From a bacterium (GTDB lineage: Bacteria > J088 > JAWLBW01): a DNA stretch of 64,000 nt. The translations under genes and the position numbers were made by a program. Location: positions 1 to 64,000 of the forward strand of contig JAWLHK010000001.1 in NCBI GenBank assembly GCA_041690355.1, written 5' to 3'. Positions 28,059-39,200 of this stretch are shown in pieces (position 1 is the first letter of the stretch; each line of letters opens with the position of its first letter). The notes beneath the pieces were generated by a model that worked only from the letters and a program-made list of their open reading frames with translations, made no database searches and was not told where the DNA came from.

Positions 28059-29036
28059 GTGAGCCTGCCCGTGCGCATCATCCAGGGTCTCCCCCAGCCC
28101 GAACTCATCGCCGGTCTCCGCCCCGTCGTCACCATCGGCAATTTCGACGGTGTGCACCAGGGGCACAAGGCCCTGCTCGGCAAGGTCATCCGCCGTGCGC
28201 GCGAGATCGGGGGAACGTCGGTGGCGATCACCTTCTCGCCCCACCCCAAGGCGGTCATCGGCCACGGCGCCCCGCCGCGGATCACGACCGAAGCCCAGCG
28301 CAACGAGCTCATGGAGGCCCTCGGCCTCGACGTGCTCGTCATCATCCCGTTCGACCGGGACTTCGCCGCGCTCGAAGCCGACGCCTTCATCGATCAGGTG
28401 CTCTATCGCGGCACGGGGCTCGTCGAGCTGGTGGTCGGCTACGACTTTCGCTTCGGCCGCGGCGGGCTCGGCCACTACGACCTGCTGACCGAAGCCGGCA
28501 AGCGACTCGGCTTCAGGGTCGACCGCGAAGGGGTGACGCAGATCGGCGGGCAGGTCGTCAGCAGCTCGCTCATCCGCAAGACGATTCAGGAAGGGGATAT
28601 CGAAGAGGTCAAGCTCCTGCTCGGCCGCGAGTACTTTCTCGACGGCACCGTCGTCCGAGGGCACAGCCGCGGCCGCGACCTGGGTTTCCCGACGGCGAAC
28701 CTGGCGCTCGAGAACGAAATCGTGCCCCCCACGGGCATCTACGCCACCTGGGTCGAGGTCGAACCGGGCGCCGCCGAGTCGACCTTCAAGTACGGTGCCG
28801 CCAATATCGGCCATAACCCGACGTTCGGCACGAACCCGTTGAGCGTCGAGGTCTACCTGCTCGATTTCGACGGCGACCTCTATGGCCGGCATCTTCGGCT
28901 GCACTTCACCCGCCGCCTGCGCGAAGAGCGCAAGTTCGAGAACGTCGATGCGCTGGTCGAGCAGATGCGGCTCGACGTCGAGCAGGTGCGCGCGATCTTC
29001 AGGCAGGAGCGAACACCCCTTGAACGCCGATCTTAG
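28059..29036 (+). CDS. ribF: Bifunctional riboflavin kinase/FAD synthetase
   Basis: TIGNFDGVHQGH, GRDLGFPTAN, NIGHNPTF. Confidence 0.97.
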   Translation: MSLPVRIIQGLPQPELIAGLRPVVTIGNFDGVHQGHKALLGKVIRRAREIGGTSVAITFSPHPKAVIGHGAPPRITTEAQRNELMEALGLDVLVIIPFDRDFAALEADAFIDQVLYRGTGLVELVVGYDFRFGRGGLGHYDLLTEAGKRLGFRVDREGVTQIGGQVVSSSLIRKTIQEGDIEEVKLLLGREYFLDGTVVRGHSRGRDLGFPTANLALENEIVPPTGIYATWVEVEPGAAESTFKYGAANIGHNPTFGTNPLSVEVYLLDFDGDLYGRHLRLHFTRRLREERKFENVDALVEQMRLDVEQVRAIFRQERTPLERRS

Positions 29037-29859
29037 CGCCCGCACGCGCCTCACCGGCCTGCTCGGCCACCCGGCGGGGCACAGCCTGAGCCCCATCATG
29101 CAGAACGCGGCCCTCCGGCGGGGGGGTATCGACGCGGTCTACCTGGCGTTCGACGTCGCGCCGGCGGAACTGGAACGGGCCGTGCGCGGACTGGCCGCGC
29201 TCGGGGCGATCGGCGTCAACGTCACCGTTCCGCATAAGGAAGCGGCCGCCGCCCTGGCCGACGAGCTGACCGACGAAGCCGCGCGGGCCGGTGCCGCCAA
29301 CACCCTCGCCTTCCGCAACGGGCGCATCGTCGGGCACAACACCGACGGCCTCGGCTTTCTGCGCGCGGCAGAACGGCTGACGGGTCGCCTCGCGGGCAAG
29401 CGGGTGCTTCTGCTCGGGGCCGGCGGAGCCTCGCGCGGGGTCGCCGCCGCGCTGAGCGCCCATGGCGCCCGGGTCTCCATCGCGAACCGTACGGTCGAGA
29501 AGGCCCGCGCTCTCGCCGAGGCCCTGGGCACCGATGCGCTCGGGTGGACCCCGGAGGAGCTGACGGCCGCCGCCAGCGCCGCCGACGTCGTCGTGAACGG
29601 TTCGAGCGCCGGCATGCGCGGCCTGGGAACGATCCCGCTGGATTTCGCCCGCCTCCCGAACCGTCCGGCGGTCATCGACCTCGTCTACGCCCCCCTCGAA
29701 ACCGACCTTCTGCATCGCGCCCGGGCGGCCGGACTCCCCACCCAGGACGGTCTCGGCATGCTCGCCGCTCAGGGAGAGCTCGCGTTTGCCTTCTGGCACG
29801 GCGTCGATCCGGAGCCGGGCCTCATGGAGAGCGCCCTGCGGCAGCAGCTCACCCCCTGA
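29020..29859 (+). CDS. aroE: Shikimate dehydrogenase
   Basis: GHSLSP, NVTVPHKE, NTDG, GAGGA, DLVY, DGLGML; TTG start inferred. Confidence 0.95.
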   Translation: MNADLSARTRLTGLLGHPAGHSLSPIMQNAALRRGGIDAVYLAFDVAPAELERAVRGLAALGAIGVNVTVPHKEAAAALADELTDEAARAGAANTLAFRNGRIVGHNTDGLGFLRAAERLTGRLAGKRVLLLGAGGASRGVAAALSAHGARVSIANRTVEKARALAEALGTDALGWTPEELTAAASAADVVVNGSSAGMRGLGTIPLDFARLPNRPAVIDLVYAPLETDLLHRARAAGLPTQDGLGMLAAQGELAFAFWHGVDPEPGLMESALRQQLTP

Positions 29860-29898
29860 GCACCCTTCCCGGGCACCCTGTGCAGGCCTGCCGGCAGC

Positions 29899-29927
29899 TT
29901 GACAATCGGCAGGGGGGAAAATAATAT
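29899..29927 (+). promoter_or_regulatory. Sigma-70-type promoter of pilB
   Basis: TTGACA-N17-TAATAT. Confidence 0.65.
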
Positions 29928-30015
29928 GTATACTCGCCTTAAAAACCGAACGGTTTTCAGGCGCTTAGGCGCCGGCGACGACTCAGATTTTTCTTTCGGA
30001 CTTCAGAGGTAAAAG

Positions 30016-31755
30016 ATGGCGCTGCGATTGGGTGAACTGCTGGTGCGTGAAAACATGATCACGCACGACCAGCTGCGTAAGGCCATGGAAGAGCAGAAAC
30101 GGGCCGGCGGCCGCCTGGGCACGCACCTCACCCGGATGGGCTACATCGCCGACGACGATCTGACCCAGTTCCTCTCCCGGCAGTACGGGGTTCCCGCCGT
30201 CAACCTCGGTGACTTCGAAGTCGACCCCGAGGTCATCAAGCTCATCCCCAAGGATGTCGCCGACAAGCATCAGGTGCTGCCGATCAACCGTGCCGGCTCG
30301 ACGCTGATCGTCGCCATGTGCGACCCGTCGAACATCTTCGCCATCGACGACATCAAGTTCCTGACCGGTTACAACGTCGAAACCGTCGTCGCCAGCGAAG
30401 ACTCCATCGCCAAGGCCATCGAACAGCACTACGGCGCCGTCGCCAAAGCCGCCGAAGACGAGGCGATGGCCGCCGAAGCCGAGTCGAACATCGACGACAT
30501 TCTCGAAGGCTTCGACGAAGACGTCGAAACCGTCGAAGAAGACGACGACATCAATCTGAACGAGCTGGCCCGGCAGACCGAAGACGCGCCGGTCATCAAG
30601 CTCGTCAACCATCTGCTTACCGACGCCGCCAAGAAGAAGGCGTCGGACATTCACATCGAGCCCTACGAAAAGAGCTTCCGCGTCCGCTTCCGCATCGACG
30701 GCGAGCTGTACGAAGTCATGAAGCCGCCCAAGAAGCTGCAGAACGCGATCAGCTCGCGTATCAAGATTCTGGCCGGCCTCGACATCGCCGAGCGGCGCCT
30801 GCCGCAGGACGGCCGTATCAAGATCAAGATGGGCCGCGGTCGCGAAATGGACTACCGCGTTTCGGTGCTGCCCACCCTCTTCGGCGAAAAGACGGTTCTG
30901 CGACTGCTCGACAAGAGCAACCTGCAGCTCGACATGACGAAGCTCGGCTTCGCAGAAAAGCAGCTCGTTGACTTTCAGGACAGCATCAACAAGCCGTACG
31001 GCATGGTGCTCGTGACGGGGCCCACGGGTTCCGGTAAAACGACCACCCTGTACTCGGCGCTCGCGGCGTTGAACGACGTGGGCACGAACCTGTCGACTGC
31101 CGAAGACCCGGTGGAATTCAACCTGCAGGGTATCAACCAGGTGCTCGTGCGCGAAGACATCGGGCTCACCTTCGCCGCCGCGCTGCGTTCGTTTCTGCGT
31201 CAGGATCCGGACGTCATCATGGTCGGTGAGATTCGCGACTTCGAAACGGCCGAAATCGCCATCAAGGCGGCGCTCACCGGCCACATGGTGCTTTCGACGC
31301 TGCATACGAACGACGCGCCCGGCACCATCAACCGTCTGCTCAACATGGGTATCGAACCGTTCCTGGTCGCCAGCGCCGTCAACTGCATCCTGGCCCAGCG
31401 ACTCGCCCGGCGCGTCTGCGGCGACTGCAAGGAGCCGATTCAGGTGCCCGAATCGGCGCTGACCGACATCGAAGTCGATCCGGCAGAGATCCCCCAGTAC
31501 ACGCTCTATAAGGGCAAAGGCTGCCCGACCTGCAACAACACGGGGTACAAGGGCCGTATCGCCCTGTATGAAGTGCTCGTGCTCAAAGACGAGATCAAGG
31601 AAATGATTCTGAACGGCGCGAGCACGCTGGAAATCAAGCGCGAAGCCATGCGTCTCGGGATGATGACCCTGCGCAGGTCGGCGCTGCAGAAGCTGCGCGA
31701 CGGCGTCACGACCATCGCCGAAGTCGTGCGCTGCTCGGTTCCCGATTCCCGCTGA
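30016..31755 (+). CDS. pilB: Type IV pilus assembly ATPase
   Basis: RLGELLV (MshEN-like), ERRLPQDG, GPTGSGKTTT, LRQDPD, tetra-Cys. Confidence 0.97.
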   Translation: MALRLGELLVRENMITHDQLRKAMEEQKRAGGRLGTHLTRMGYIADDDLTQFLSRQYGVPAVNLGDFEVDPEVIKLIPKDVADKHQVLPINRAGSTLIVAMCDPSNIFAIDDIKFLTGYNVETVVASEDSIAKAIEQHYGAVAKAAEDEAMAAEAESNIDDILEGFDEDVETVEEDDDINLNELARQTEDAPVIKLVNHLLTDAAKKKASDIHIEPYEKSFRVRFRIDGELYEVMKPPKKLQNAISSRIKILAGLDIAERRLPQDGRIKIKMGRGREMDYRVSVLPTLFGEKTVLRLLDKSNLQLDMTKLGFAEKQLVDFQDSINKPYGMVLVTGPTGSGKTTTLYSALAALNDVGTNLSTAEDPVEFNLQGINQVLVREDIGLTFAAALRSFLRQDPDVIMVGEIRDFETAEIAIKAALTGHMVLSTLHTNDAPGTINRLLNMGIEPFLVASAVNCILAQRLARRVCGDCKEPIQVPESALTDIEVDPAEIPQYTLYKGKGCPTCNNTGYKGRIALYEVLVLKDEIKEMILNGASTLEIKREAMRLGMMTLRRSALQKLRDGVTTIAEVVRCSVPDSR

Positions 31756-31795
31756 TATCAGACCGCACTGCTGAGTTTCGACCCACGAGGACTTC

Positions 31796-32908
31796 ATGGC
31801 CAGCCTGCACCAGCTGTTGAAAACGATGATCGAGAAGGGCGCCAGCGACCTTCATATCACCACCGGCAGCCCCGCCCAGATTCGCATCGACGGCCATATG
31901 GTGCCGCTCAACATGCCGCCCATGGGCCCGATCGAGACCAAGCAGCTCTGCTACTCGGTGCTCACCGACGCCCAGAAGCACAAGTTCGAAGAAGAGAACG
32001 AGCTCGACTTCTCGTTCGGCGTGAAGTCGCTCAGCCGTTTCCGCGGCAACATCTTCATGCAGCGCGGCGCCGTCGCCGGCGTCTTCCGTAAGATTCCCTT
32101 CGAGATCCTGAGCTTTCAGCAGCTCGGTCTGCCGCCGGTCATCGAAGAGATGTCGAAACGCCCCCGCGGCATCGTGCTCGTGACCGGACCGACGGGCTCG
32201 GGCAAGTCGACGACCCTGGCCGCAATCATCGACAAGATCAACATCGACCGGCATGAGCACATCATCACGCTCGAAGACCCGATCGAATTCCTGCACCCGC
32301 ACAAGAACTGCGTCGTCAACCAGCGTGAAATCGGCGCCGACTCGAACAGCTTCAAACGGGCGCTCAAATCGATTCTGCGTCAGGACCCCGACGTCGTGCT
32401 GCTCGGCGAATTGCGCGACCACGAAACCATCGAGGCGGCGCTGACCATCGCCGAAACCGGTCACCTCGTGTTTGCCACGCTGCACACGAACGGCGCCGTG
32501 CAGACCATCAACCGTATCGTCGACGTGTTTCCGAGCTACCAGCAGCCCCAGATCCGCGCACAGCTCAGCTTCACGCTCGAAGGTATCGTGTCCCAGACGC
32601 TGCTTCCCAAGGCCTCGGGCTCGGGGCGCTGCTGCGCCCTCGAAGTGCTCGTCCCCAACTCGGCCATCCGCAACCTGATTCGCGAAGACAAGATTCACCA
32701 GATCTACTCTTCCATGCAGGTCGGCCAGGCCAAGTTCGGCATGCAGACCATGAACCAGAGCCTCATGAACCTTTTCCTCAAGCGCCTGATCACGCTCGAA
32801 GCGGCCATGCTCAAGAGCCCCGACCCCGAAGAACTGCGTCAGATGCTCGCGCAGCACGGCGGTACAGGCGGACCTGAGGGCCGTCGGGCGCGTCCGACGG
32901 GCGCCTGA
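31796..32908 (+). CDS. pilT: Type IV pilus retraction ATPase
   Basis: GPTGSGKSTT, AETGHLVFATLH, AIRNLIRE. Confidence 0.97.
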   Translation: MASLHQLLKTMIEKGASDLHITTGSPAQIRIDGHMVPLNMPPMGPIETKQLCYSVLTDAQKHKFEEENELDFSFGVKSLSRFRGNIFMQRGAVAGVFRKIPFEILSFQQLGLPPVIEEMSKRPRGIVLVTGPTGSGKSTTLAAIIDKINIDRHEHIITLEDPIEFLHPHKNCVVNQREIGADSNSFKRALKSILRQDPDVVLLGELRDHETIEAALTIAETGHLVFATLHTNGAVQTINRIVDVFPSYQQPQIRAQLSFTLEGIVSQTLLPKASGSGRCCALEVLVPNSAIRNLIREDKIHQIYSSMQVGQAKFGMQTMNQSLMNLFLKRLITLEAAMLKSPDPEELRQMLAQHGGTGGPEGRRARPTGA

Positions 32909-32925
32909 GCGGCAACGGGGCCGGC

Positions 32926-34560
32926 TTGCATCCGTTTCAGGGCAAGACCCGCTACCTCGACAGCTCTGCCGTCCGGTGGGTTCTCTTCGCCCGAACCCTG
33001 GTGGCCACGCTTTTTCTGCTGACCGCTCTCACGTTCGAGTGGACCGGCACCGAAAAGCTGCTCACGTTCAGGGCGACGCCGATCTACGTCTATGCCGGCG
33101 CGACCTACTTCTCGTCATTGGCGCTCGCCTGGTTGAGCGCCCGGCGGCGCGGCTGGGCGCCGCTCGTCTTTCATTACGTTCTGACCGGTTTCGACCTGAT
33201 CGTCGTGACGTGGCTCTCGCTCGTCACCGGCGGCAGCGCGAGCCCCTTTCTCTTTCTCTATCTGCTCATCATCGTCGGCGCCGCCATCCTCGGCATCCGG
33301 CGCATGGCGGTCCTGACCTCGGCCCTGTCGATGATCGGGCTGGGTTCGGTATTCCTCCTCGAATGGTGGGGCAAGCTGCCCAGTGACTTTCTGATGCAAC
33401 CCCACCGCGCCAACAGCTCTGATCTGCTGGCCACGGCCTTCTACAACATCTCCGCCTACTACCTGGTGGGGATTCTGAGCAGCTACCTGTCAGAGCGCGT
33501 GCGCCTTGCCGGAGAAGAGATCGACCGGCGCGATGTCGACATCTCCATTCTGCGCGGCCTGCAGGAGCGGATCATCGAGAACGTGCCGAGCGGCCTCATC
33601 ACCGTCGACAACCTCGGGCGCATCCTGTTGTTCAACCGGCAGGCCGAGCGCATTCTGGGGCTCTCGGGCGCGAAACTCTGGGGCTTCGATCTCCGGCAGC
33701 TGATTCCGGGGCTTGTGCTGCACCCCTCGGGGGTCGACGAACGGGCCGAGATCGACTACCGCCACCCTGACGGCAAGCCCCGATCGCTCGGCTACTCGGT
33801 CTCGGGGATCCGCCTCGACGCGCGCCGCGACGGCCTCGTGGTCATCTTTCAGGACCTGACCCGCATGAAGGAGCTCGAGGGGGTCGTGCTGCGCCAGGCG
33901 CGCCTCGCGGCGGTCGGCGAAATGGCGGCCGGGCTGGCGCATGAACTGCGGAACCCGCTCGGCTCCATATCGGGCTGCCTGCAGCTGCTGCGCCAGCAGG
34001 TCGCCCAGATGGGCGACGACGAACGCGAGCTGCTCGCCATCGCCCTGCGCGAGATCGACGGGCTCAATCACCTGGTCGACGATTTCCTGACCTACGCGCG
34101 CCCCTCGCGGCGCGAACCAAGCCTGCTGTCTCCCGGCGACCTGTTTGCCGGCGTGGTGGAGTCGGTAAGGGTTTCTCCGCTCATGCCGGATGACTTCAGC
34201 TATGCCGGCGAGGTCGCCGCCGACCTGAAGCTGCGTGCCGACGCGCACACGCTGCGGCAGGTTTTTCTCAATCTGGTGACCAATGCCCTGCAGGCCGGCG
34301 CCACGCGCCTCACGCTGCGCGGGTGGAAAACGGATGCGGAGATCGCCCTCGAGATCGAAGACAACGGCGCGGGGTTCAGCCCCGAAGCCATGCACCGGCT
34401 GTTCGAACCGTTCTATACCACCCGGCCCGAAGGGGTGGGCCTCGGTCTCGCCATCGTCTACCGCGTCATGGAGCAGCACAGGGGATCGGTGACGGTGCGC
34501 AGCGTGCCCGGACAGACGGTCATGAAGCTTACTTTTCCGCTGGACGGTGTTTCGGTATGA
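32926..34560 (+). CDS. pilS: PilS-like PAS sensor histidine kinase
   Basis: Multi-TM N-terminus with TGGSASPF; PAS; AHELRNPL; GVGLGLA. Confidence 0.88.
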   Translation: MHPFQGKTRYLDSSAVRWVLFARTLVATLFLLTALTFEWTGTEKLLTFRATPIYVYAGATYFSSLALAWLSARRRGWAPLVFHYVLTGFDLIVVTWLSLVTGGSASPFLFLYLLIIVGAAILGIRRMAVLTSALSMIGLGSVFLLEWWGKLPSDFLMQPHRANSSDLLATAFYNISAYYLVGILSSYLSERVRLAGEEIDRRDVDISILRGLQERIIENVPSGLITVDNLGRILLFNRQAERILGLSGAKLWGFDLRQLIPGLVLHPSGVDERAEIDYRHPDGKPRSLGYSVSGIRLDARRDGLVVIFQDLTRMKELEGVVLRQARLAAVGEMAAGLAHELRNPLGSISGCLQLLRQQVAQMGDDERELLAIALREIDGLNHLVDDFLTYARPSRREPSLLSPGDLFAGVVESVRVSPLMPDDFSYAGEVAADLKLRADAHTLRQVFLNLVTNALQAGATRLTLRGWKTDAEIALEIEDNGAGFSPEAMHRLFEPFYTTRPEGVGLGLAIVYRVMEQHRGSVTVRSVPGQTVMKLTFPLDGVSV

Positions 34561-35921
34561 GCCGGATTCTGATCATCGACGACGAACGCAGCATGGTCGA
34601 CTTTCTTCTGATTCTGCTGAAGAAGGCCGGCCATACGGCGCAGGGGGTGACCGAGATGGACGAGGCGCTGCGTCTGATCGACGAACAGGCCTATGAACTC
34701 GTGATCACCGACCTGCGCATCCGCGATCGCTCGGGACTCGACGTGCTGCGACGCGCGAAGGAAAAGGACCCGAGCTGCGAGGTGATCATGATCACCGCCT
34801 ATGCAACGGCCGAGAACGCCGTCGAAGCCATGAAGCTCGGGGCCTACGACTACATCACGAAGCCGTTCAACGTCGAAGAATTCCGCGCCCTCGTCGACAA
34901 GGCGCTGGAGAAGCGGTTCCTGCGCGAAGAGAACGCCACGCTCCGCGAGCGGCTTGGCGCGCGCGAAGCCTACGGTGAGGTCGTGGGTAAGAGCGAATCG
35001 ATGCGCAAGATCTTCGATCTGGTGGATCGGATCAAGGATGCCCGCGCCAACGTGCTCGTTACCGGCGAGAGCGGCACGGGCAAGGAGATTGTCGCCCGGG
35101 CGCTCCATCAGCACAGCGGGCGCCGCGGCGGACCCTTCGTCGCCGTCAACTGCGGCGCGCTGCCCGAAAACCTGATCGAGAGCGAGCTCTTCGGCTACCG
35201 CAAGGGGGCGTTCACGGGCGCGACCGCGGATCGGGCCGGCCTCTTCGAGGCCGCCGACCGCGGCACGCTGTTTCTCGACGAACTCGGCGAAGTGCCGCAG
35301 CCCCTGCAGGTCAAGCTCCTGCGCGTGCTCCAGGAGCGCACCGTGCGCCGCGTGGGGGGAACGCAGGACATCGCCGTCGACGTGCGCATCGTGGCCGCCA
35401 CGAACCGTGATCTGGCCGAAGAGGTTCGCGAAGGACGGTTCCGCGAGGATCTCTACTTCCGCCTGAACGTGCTTCACGTACACATTCCGCCGCTGCGGGA
35501 GCGGCGGGCCGATATCCTCGTCCTTGCCCACCACTTTCTTCGCAAGCACTGCCGCGAGATGGGCCGCGCCGACGAGGGGTTCACCGAGGCCTGCGCCGAG
35601 CACCTCGAGGCCTACGCGTATCCGGGCAACGTGCGCGAGCTCGAGAACATCGTCGAGCGTGCTGTCGCGCTCACCTCGAACGGGCCGATCGATGTCGAAA
35701 GCCTGCCCCCCAACGTGCTGGACCGGCCGGCCCCCACGGGCGCCCTGCCGGCCCTCGATGGCGGCGGCGTGAATCTGGAACACCTGATCGAAGGGCTCGA
35801 ACGGGACTACCTGGCACGCGCCCTCGAGCTCAGCGGCGGCTCCAAGACCAAGGCCGCCGAGCTGCTGGGCATGAGTTTCCGCTCGTTCCGCTACAAGCTC
35901 GACAAGTACGGGCTGAAGTAG
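34557..35921 (+). CDS. pilR: PilR-like sigma-54 response regulator
   Basis: REC domain, [15 protein letters not shown]-terminal [14 protein letters not shown]. Confidence 0.92.
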   Translation: MSRILIIDDERSMVDFLLILLKKAGHTAQGVTEMDEALRLIDEQAYELVITDLRIRDRSGLDVLRRAKEKDPSCEVIMITAYATAENAVEAMKLGAYDYITKPFNVEEFRALVDKALEKRFLREENATLRERLGAREAYGEVVGKSESMRKIFDLVDRIKDARANVLVTGESGTGKEIVARALHQHSGRRGGPFVAVNCGALPENLIESELFGYRKGAFTGATADRAGLFEAADRGTLFLDELGEVPQPLQVKLLRVLQERTVRRVGGTQDIAVDVRIVAATNRDLAEEVREGRFREDLYFRLNVLHVHIPPLRERRADILVLAHHFLRKHCREMGRADEGFTEACAEHLEAYAYPGNVRELENIVERAVALTSNGPIDVESLPPNVLDRPAPTGALPALDGGGVNLEHLIEGLERDYLARALELSGGSKTKAAELLGMSFRSFRYKLDKYGLK

Positions 35922-35978
35922 GCGCGGCCCGCGCTCCACGAAGTTCCGCGACGTTACCTGCCAGCTTCGTGGCGTACA

Positions 35979-36175
35979 CCGCTCGCCCCGAGCCGGGTCG
36001 AAATGCCAGCCGTTCAATCAGCAATTGTCTGTGGACGCCAGCACCCGGGGCGCTCAAGTTCTCAAGCGCGGGGCCACGGTCTGCCGGCCCTTCGAGACGC
36101 CGACCAGGATTCCGTCACGAGCCCAGGTCCTTCATTCGGGCCACGGTGAATCGGCCGGCTCCTCAGGGCGAGCGG
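35979..36175. repeat. REPIN-like inverted doublet (~197 bp)
   Basis: CCGCTCGCCCCGAG ... CTCAGGGCGAGCGG 13/14 inverted ends; internal GGCCCTTCGAGACGCCG as at 22992. Confidence 0.7.
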
Positions 36176-36218
36176 GATAACGCTGTCTCGTGTTTCGGAT
36201 GGAACTGCACCACGAAAG

Positions 36219-36257
36219 CAGAAGGGCGCGACCCTCGCGGATCGCGCCCTTTGTTTA
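36219..36257. terminator. Probable bidirectional terminator between pilR and pilY1
   Basis: AAGGGCGCGA / TCGCGCCCTT stem with A- and T-rich flanks. Confidence 0.75.
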
Positions 36258-36276
36258 TCCTCTGCAATTCCGCGCG

Positions 36277-39200
36277 TTACTGCTCTTCCCAGCTCCGGAT
36301 GTGCGGGAACAGCTTGAACTGCGCATTCGTCTCGACGGCGATCGGGCGCGCCGTGGCCGACTGCACGAACACCACCTTGTTATAGATGGCGGGCGGCGAC
36401 GGCGGCGCGGCGTCACCAGCCGTACGATAGGCTGCCTCGTTGATGAGTGAGGTCTCAGAGGTTCCGAACACGTCGGCCGACGGAGCCACCCCCGACATAT
36501 AGTCTAAGGCGTACAGGAAGCTCTGACCGCCCAAGGCGCAAGCTTCGCTCGTGTTGTCGTAGCCGGGCAGATAAGTCGTAAAGAGCACGATCCCGCCCGC
36601 GACGGCCGGCTTGTTGAATGAGACTTCCCACCAAACCGCACCCAGGGCCCCCGAATCGTCGTAGTCCTGAAGGTCACGGACCCAGCCATGCCGGCCGGCA
36701 GCCGTATCGCCCACGTAGTTGCGCACCTCGGGAATCGTGCATGTCGGGCTGCCGCAGACTGTCATGGCCATGACCCTGCCGGTGGTATTCACTGTGCCGG
36801 TTGAATCTTCGACATAGCCGGTGTCTCCAATCAGACGAGTAATCAACCCGGTGACATTGACAAGGCTCGAACGCCGGTATGGGCTCGTGGTCGTCGGGCA
36901 TCCCACTTCATTCGTGTCATTCCAGCAGGGATCGATGACCCCATACAGACTCTGCTGATAGTGCGAGTCGACCCCCTGGTAAAGACCGTAGCTCAGGTCG
37001 TCCATCGCAGTATGCGTAGCATTGCGATAGACGAATCGTCCGGTACCCATGTAGAGCCAGATGTTGTTCTTCTGGTCGCGAGTGATGCCGGGCGCCCCCT
37101 GAATGGGCTGGTAATGACTGCCGGCTGCCGGGTTCGCCGGATCGCGTGTCGCAAAGACCTTCGTGAGCGTCCAGTTCTTCGGGTTGTCCCAGTATATGGT
37201 CGTCCCGTCGGGATTTTTCGGCACCAGGCGCCAGATTTCGCTCCCCCAGCGGGCATTGTCGGTAGATGCCGCGCGGTCGTCGTATTGGGCAACGACATAC
37301 ACGGTGTCGACTGAGTAGTTTCCGCTTAGGTCGGCGGTGAGGCCACCCGAGACGACGACACCTCCGACCCCGGCGCTGGAATTCGCGATGAAAGTACCAT
37401 TATCGAACTTGTTCACCGCATAGGAGAAATCTTCCAAGGCCTTATATTTTCCGCCCGGCGTAACACTGCCGGCAGGCGCAAGGGCAATCTTGTTCAGGTC
37501 GAAGACGTAGAGGGCAGTATTTCCCGCCTTGCTGTTACTGTTGTTGAATGCGATCTCGTCGGGTCCCGAGCCGACGACAAGGTACCACTTTGCCGTGGGA
37601 TCAAACCGGTTCGCCGACGGATCGGGTACCCGCATGACCACCGGATAGAAGTACGTAAAGTTCAGACCCGACAGATCCTTGACCAGTCCGTCGGCATCGA
37701 GCGACCTGCTGGAGTCATTGACAGCTGTCTTCTGGGCAAGCTCTGCGAGAAGTGTCGGCGAGTCGGGGTTCGTGATGTCGATGATGAAGTACGAGGCATA
37801 CTGAATGTCGCCGCAGCCGAGGCGCATGCCGCCGATCATGATCGTGCCCCATCCTTCAATGTGATAGCCGTCGTCGATAGGATCGCCCGCTTCGTCGAAG
37901 AAGATCCGTACATCGGTGACCTTCGGCTTCAGGTCGACATAGTAGATGTGGCAGGTGGTATCGTAGCCTGCGTCTGCCAGTATGCGAAGCTGGGGGAGCA
38001 GCGAACCGGGAACGTAGGCCCAGACCTCCTGTCCCAGCTCGAGCCCCTGCTTGTCATACCAGGCCTGCTCTTCCTTCGCCGTCGCGGGGTTATCCCCCGT
38101 GCGGAATACACCGCCGTTGAACGCGTGCAGCATGCCGCCGTTCGAGCCGATGAGCACCAGGCGGCGCCGGTTGCGCACGTTATTGTGGGTGAAATACTCT
38201 CCGTAGCTCCGGTCGGCGTAGATGAGATCGTACCGCTCTTCGGGCGGCCCGACGATGGTCGGCGTCGAATAGACAATGTCGCCCAGCTTCCACGTACTCT
38301 GGGTCCCATCGATGGTGATGCGACGGTTACGGAAGGTAGTCCAGGGGATGTGTTCGCCGCGCAGCCACTGCACCAGATAGCTGGTCATGGTGACGCTGCC
38401 GTAATAGTCGTTTCCACCCGGCCACATATGCTTACTCAGGATCTCAATGTTCGTCGACGATGCATCGCCGGTCACGTCCATGACCGGATACGAAGCGCTC
38501 GGCGCCGCATCGGTGGCCCAGTGCGGCCAGGTGAAGATGTTGCGATCCTCCTGGGCGGTGTGAAACAGCTCGAGCCCCGACTCGAAGATCGGCTTGAGCT
38601 TCGTGAGCGGGATCGGACCGACGTCGGGGTTATCCGGATCGGGCATGCCGGGATTGGTAGGGTCTTCGTTGTCGGCGACCCCGTCGGCGTCGTCATCATT
38701 GTAGAGTTTCGCAATCGTTTCCAGTGTGGATTGGTCGAACTCGTAGGAGATGATCATGTCGTCGGCCATCGACAGGGCGCCGTCGCCGTCGGTGTCTTCG
38801 CGCAGGTTGTTGAAGCGGTCGACCCACAGCGCCTGCAGATATCCGAGCCAGGTGATTTCGGTGCCCGCTTCGGCCGTCGTCGGGCGGAAGTACGACTGGT
38901 AGATGGCCCCTTCGCCACGGGCCGTCGACGCGATAACCGACACCGACGTACCCGATGCAGTCTTCAGCAGGATGCTGTTCAGGGCGTTGAGAATGATCTC
39001 ACCGATGTCGTCTCCTTCACGGGCGGCGAAGTAGTTGTCGGGCAGGCCGTTGCGATCGAGATCCCACTCGTCCTGCCGGCTGGGCCCGTCCACCGAATCG
39101 CGCTCGATATAACCGCCCTGGATCGCCGTCAGGCGCATCAGCTGGGTGGCCCGCTCGGACTGCGCGACCTTGACGTCTTCGAAGGCAAAGGTGTGCACCA

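Noticed and set aside
29912-29917. Phase-variable poly-G tract in the pilB promoter spacer
   Set aside because: Only G6, too short to infer slippage in a GC-rich genome.
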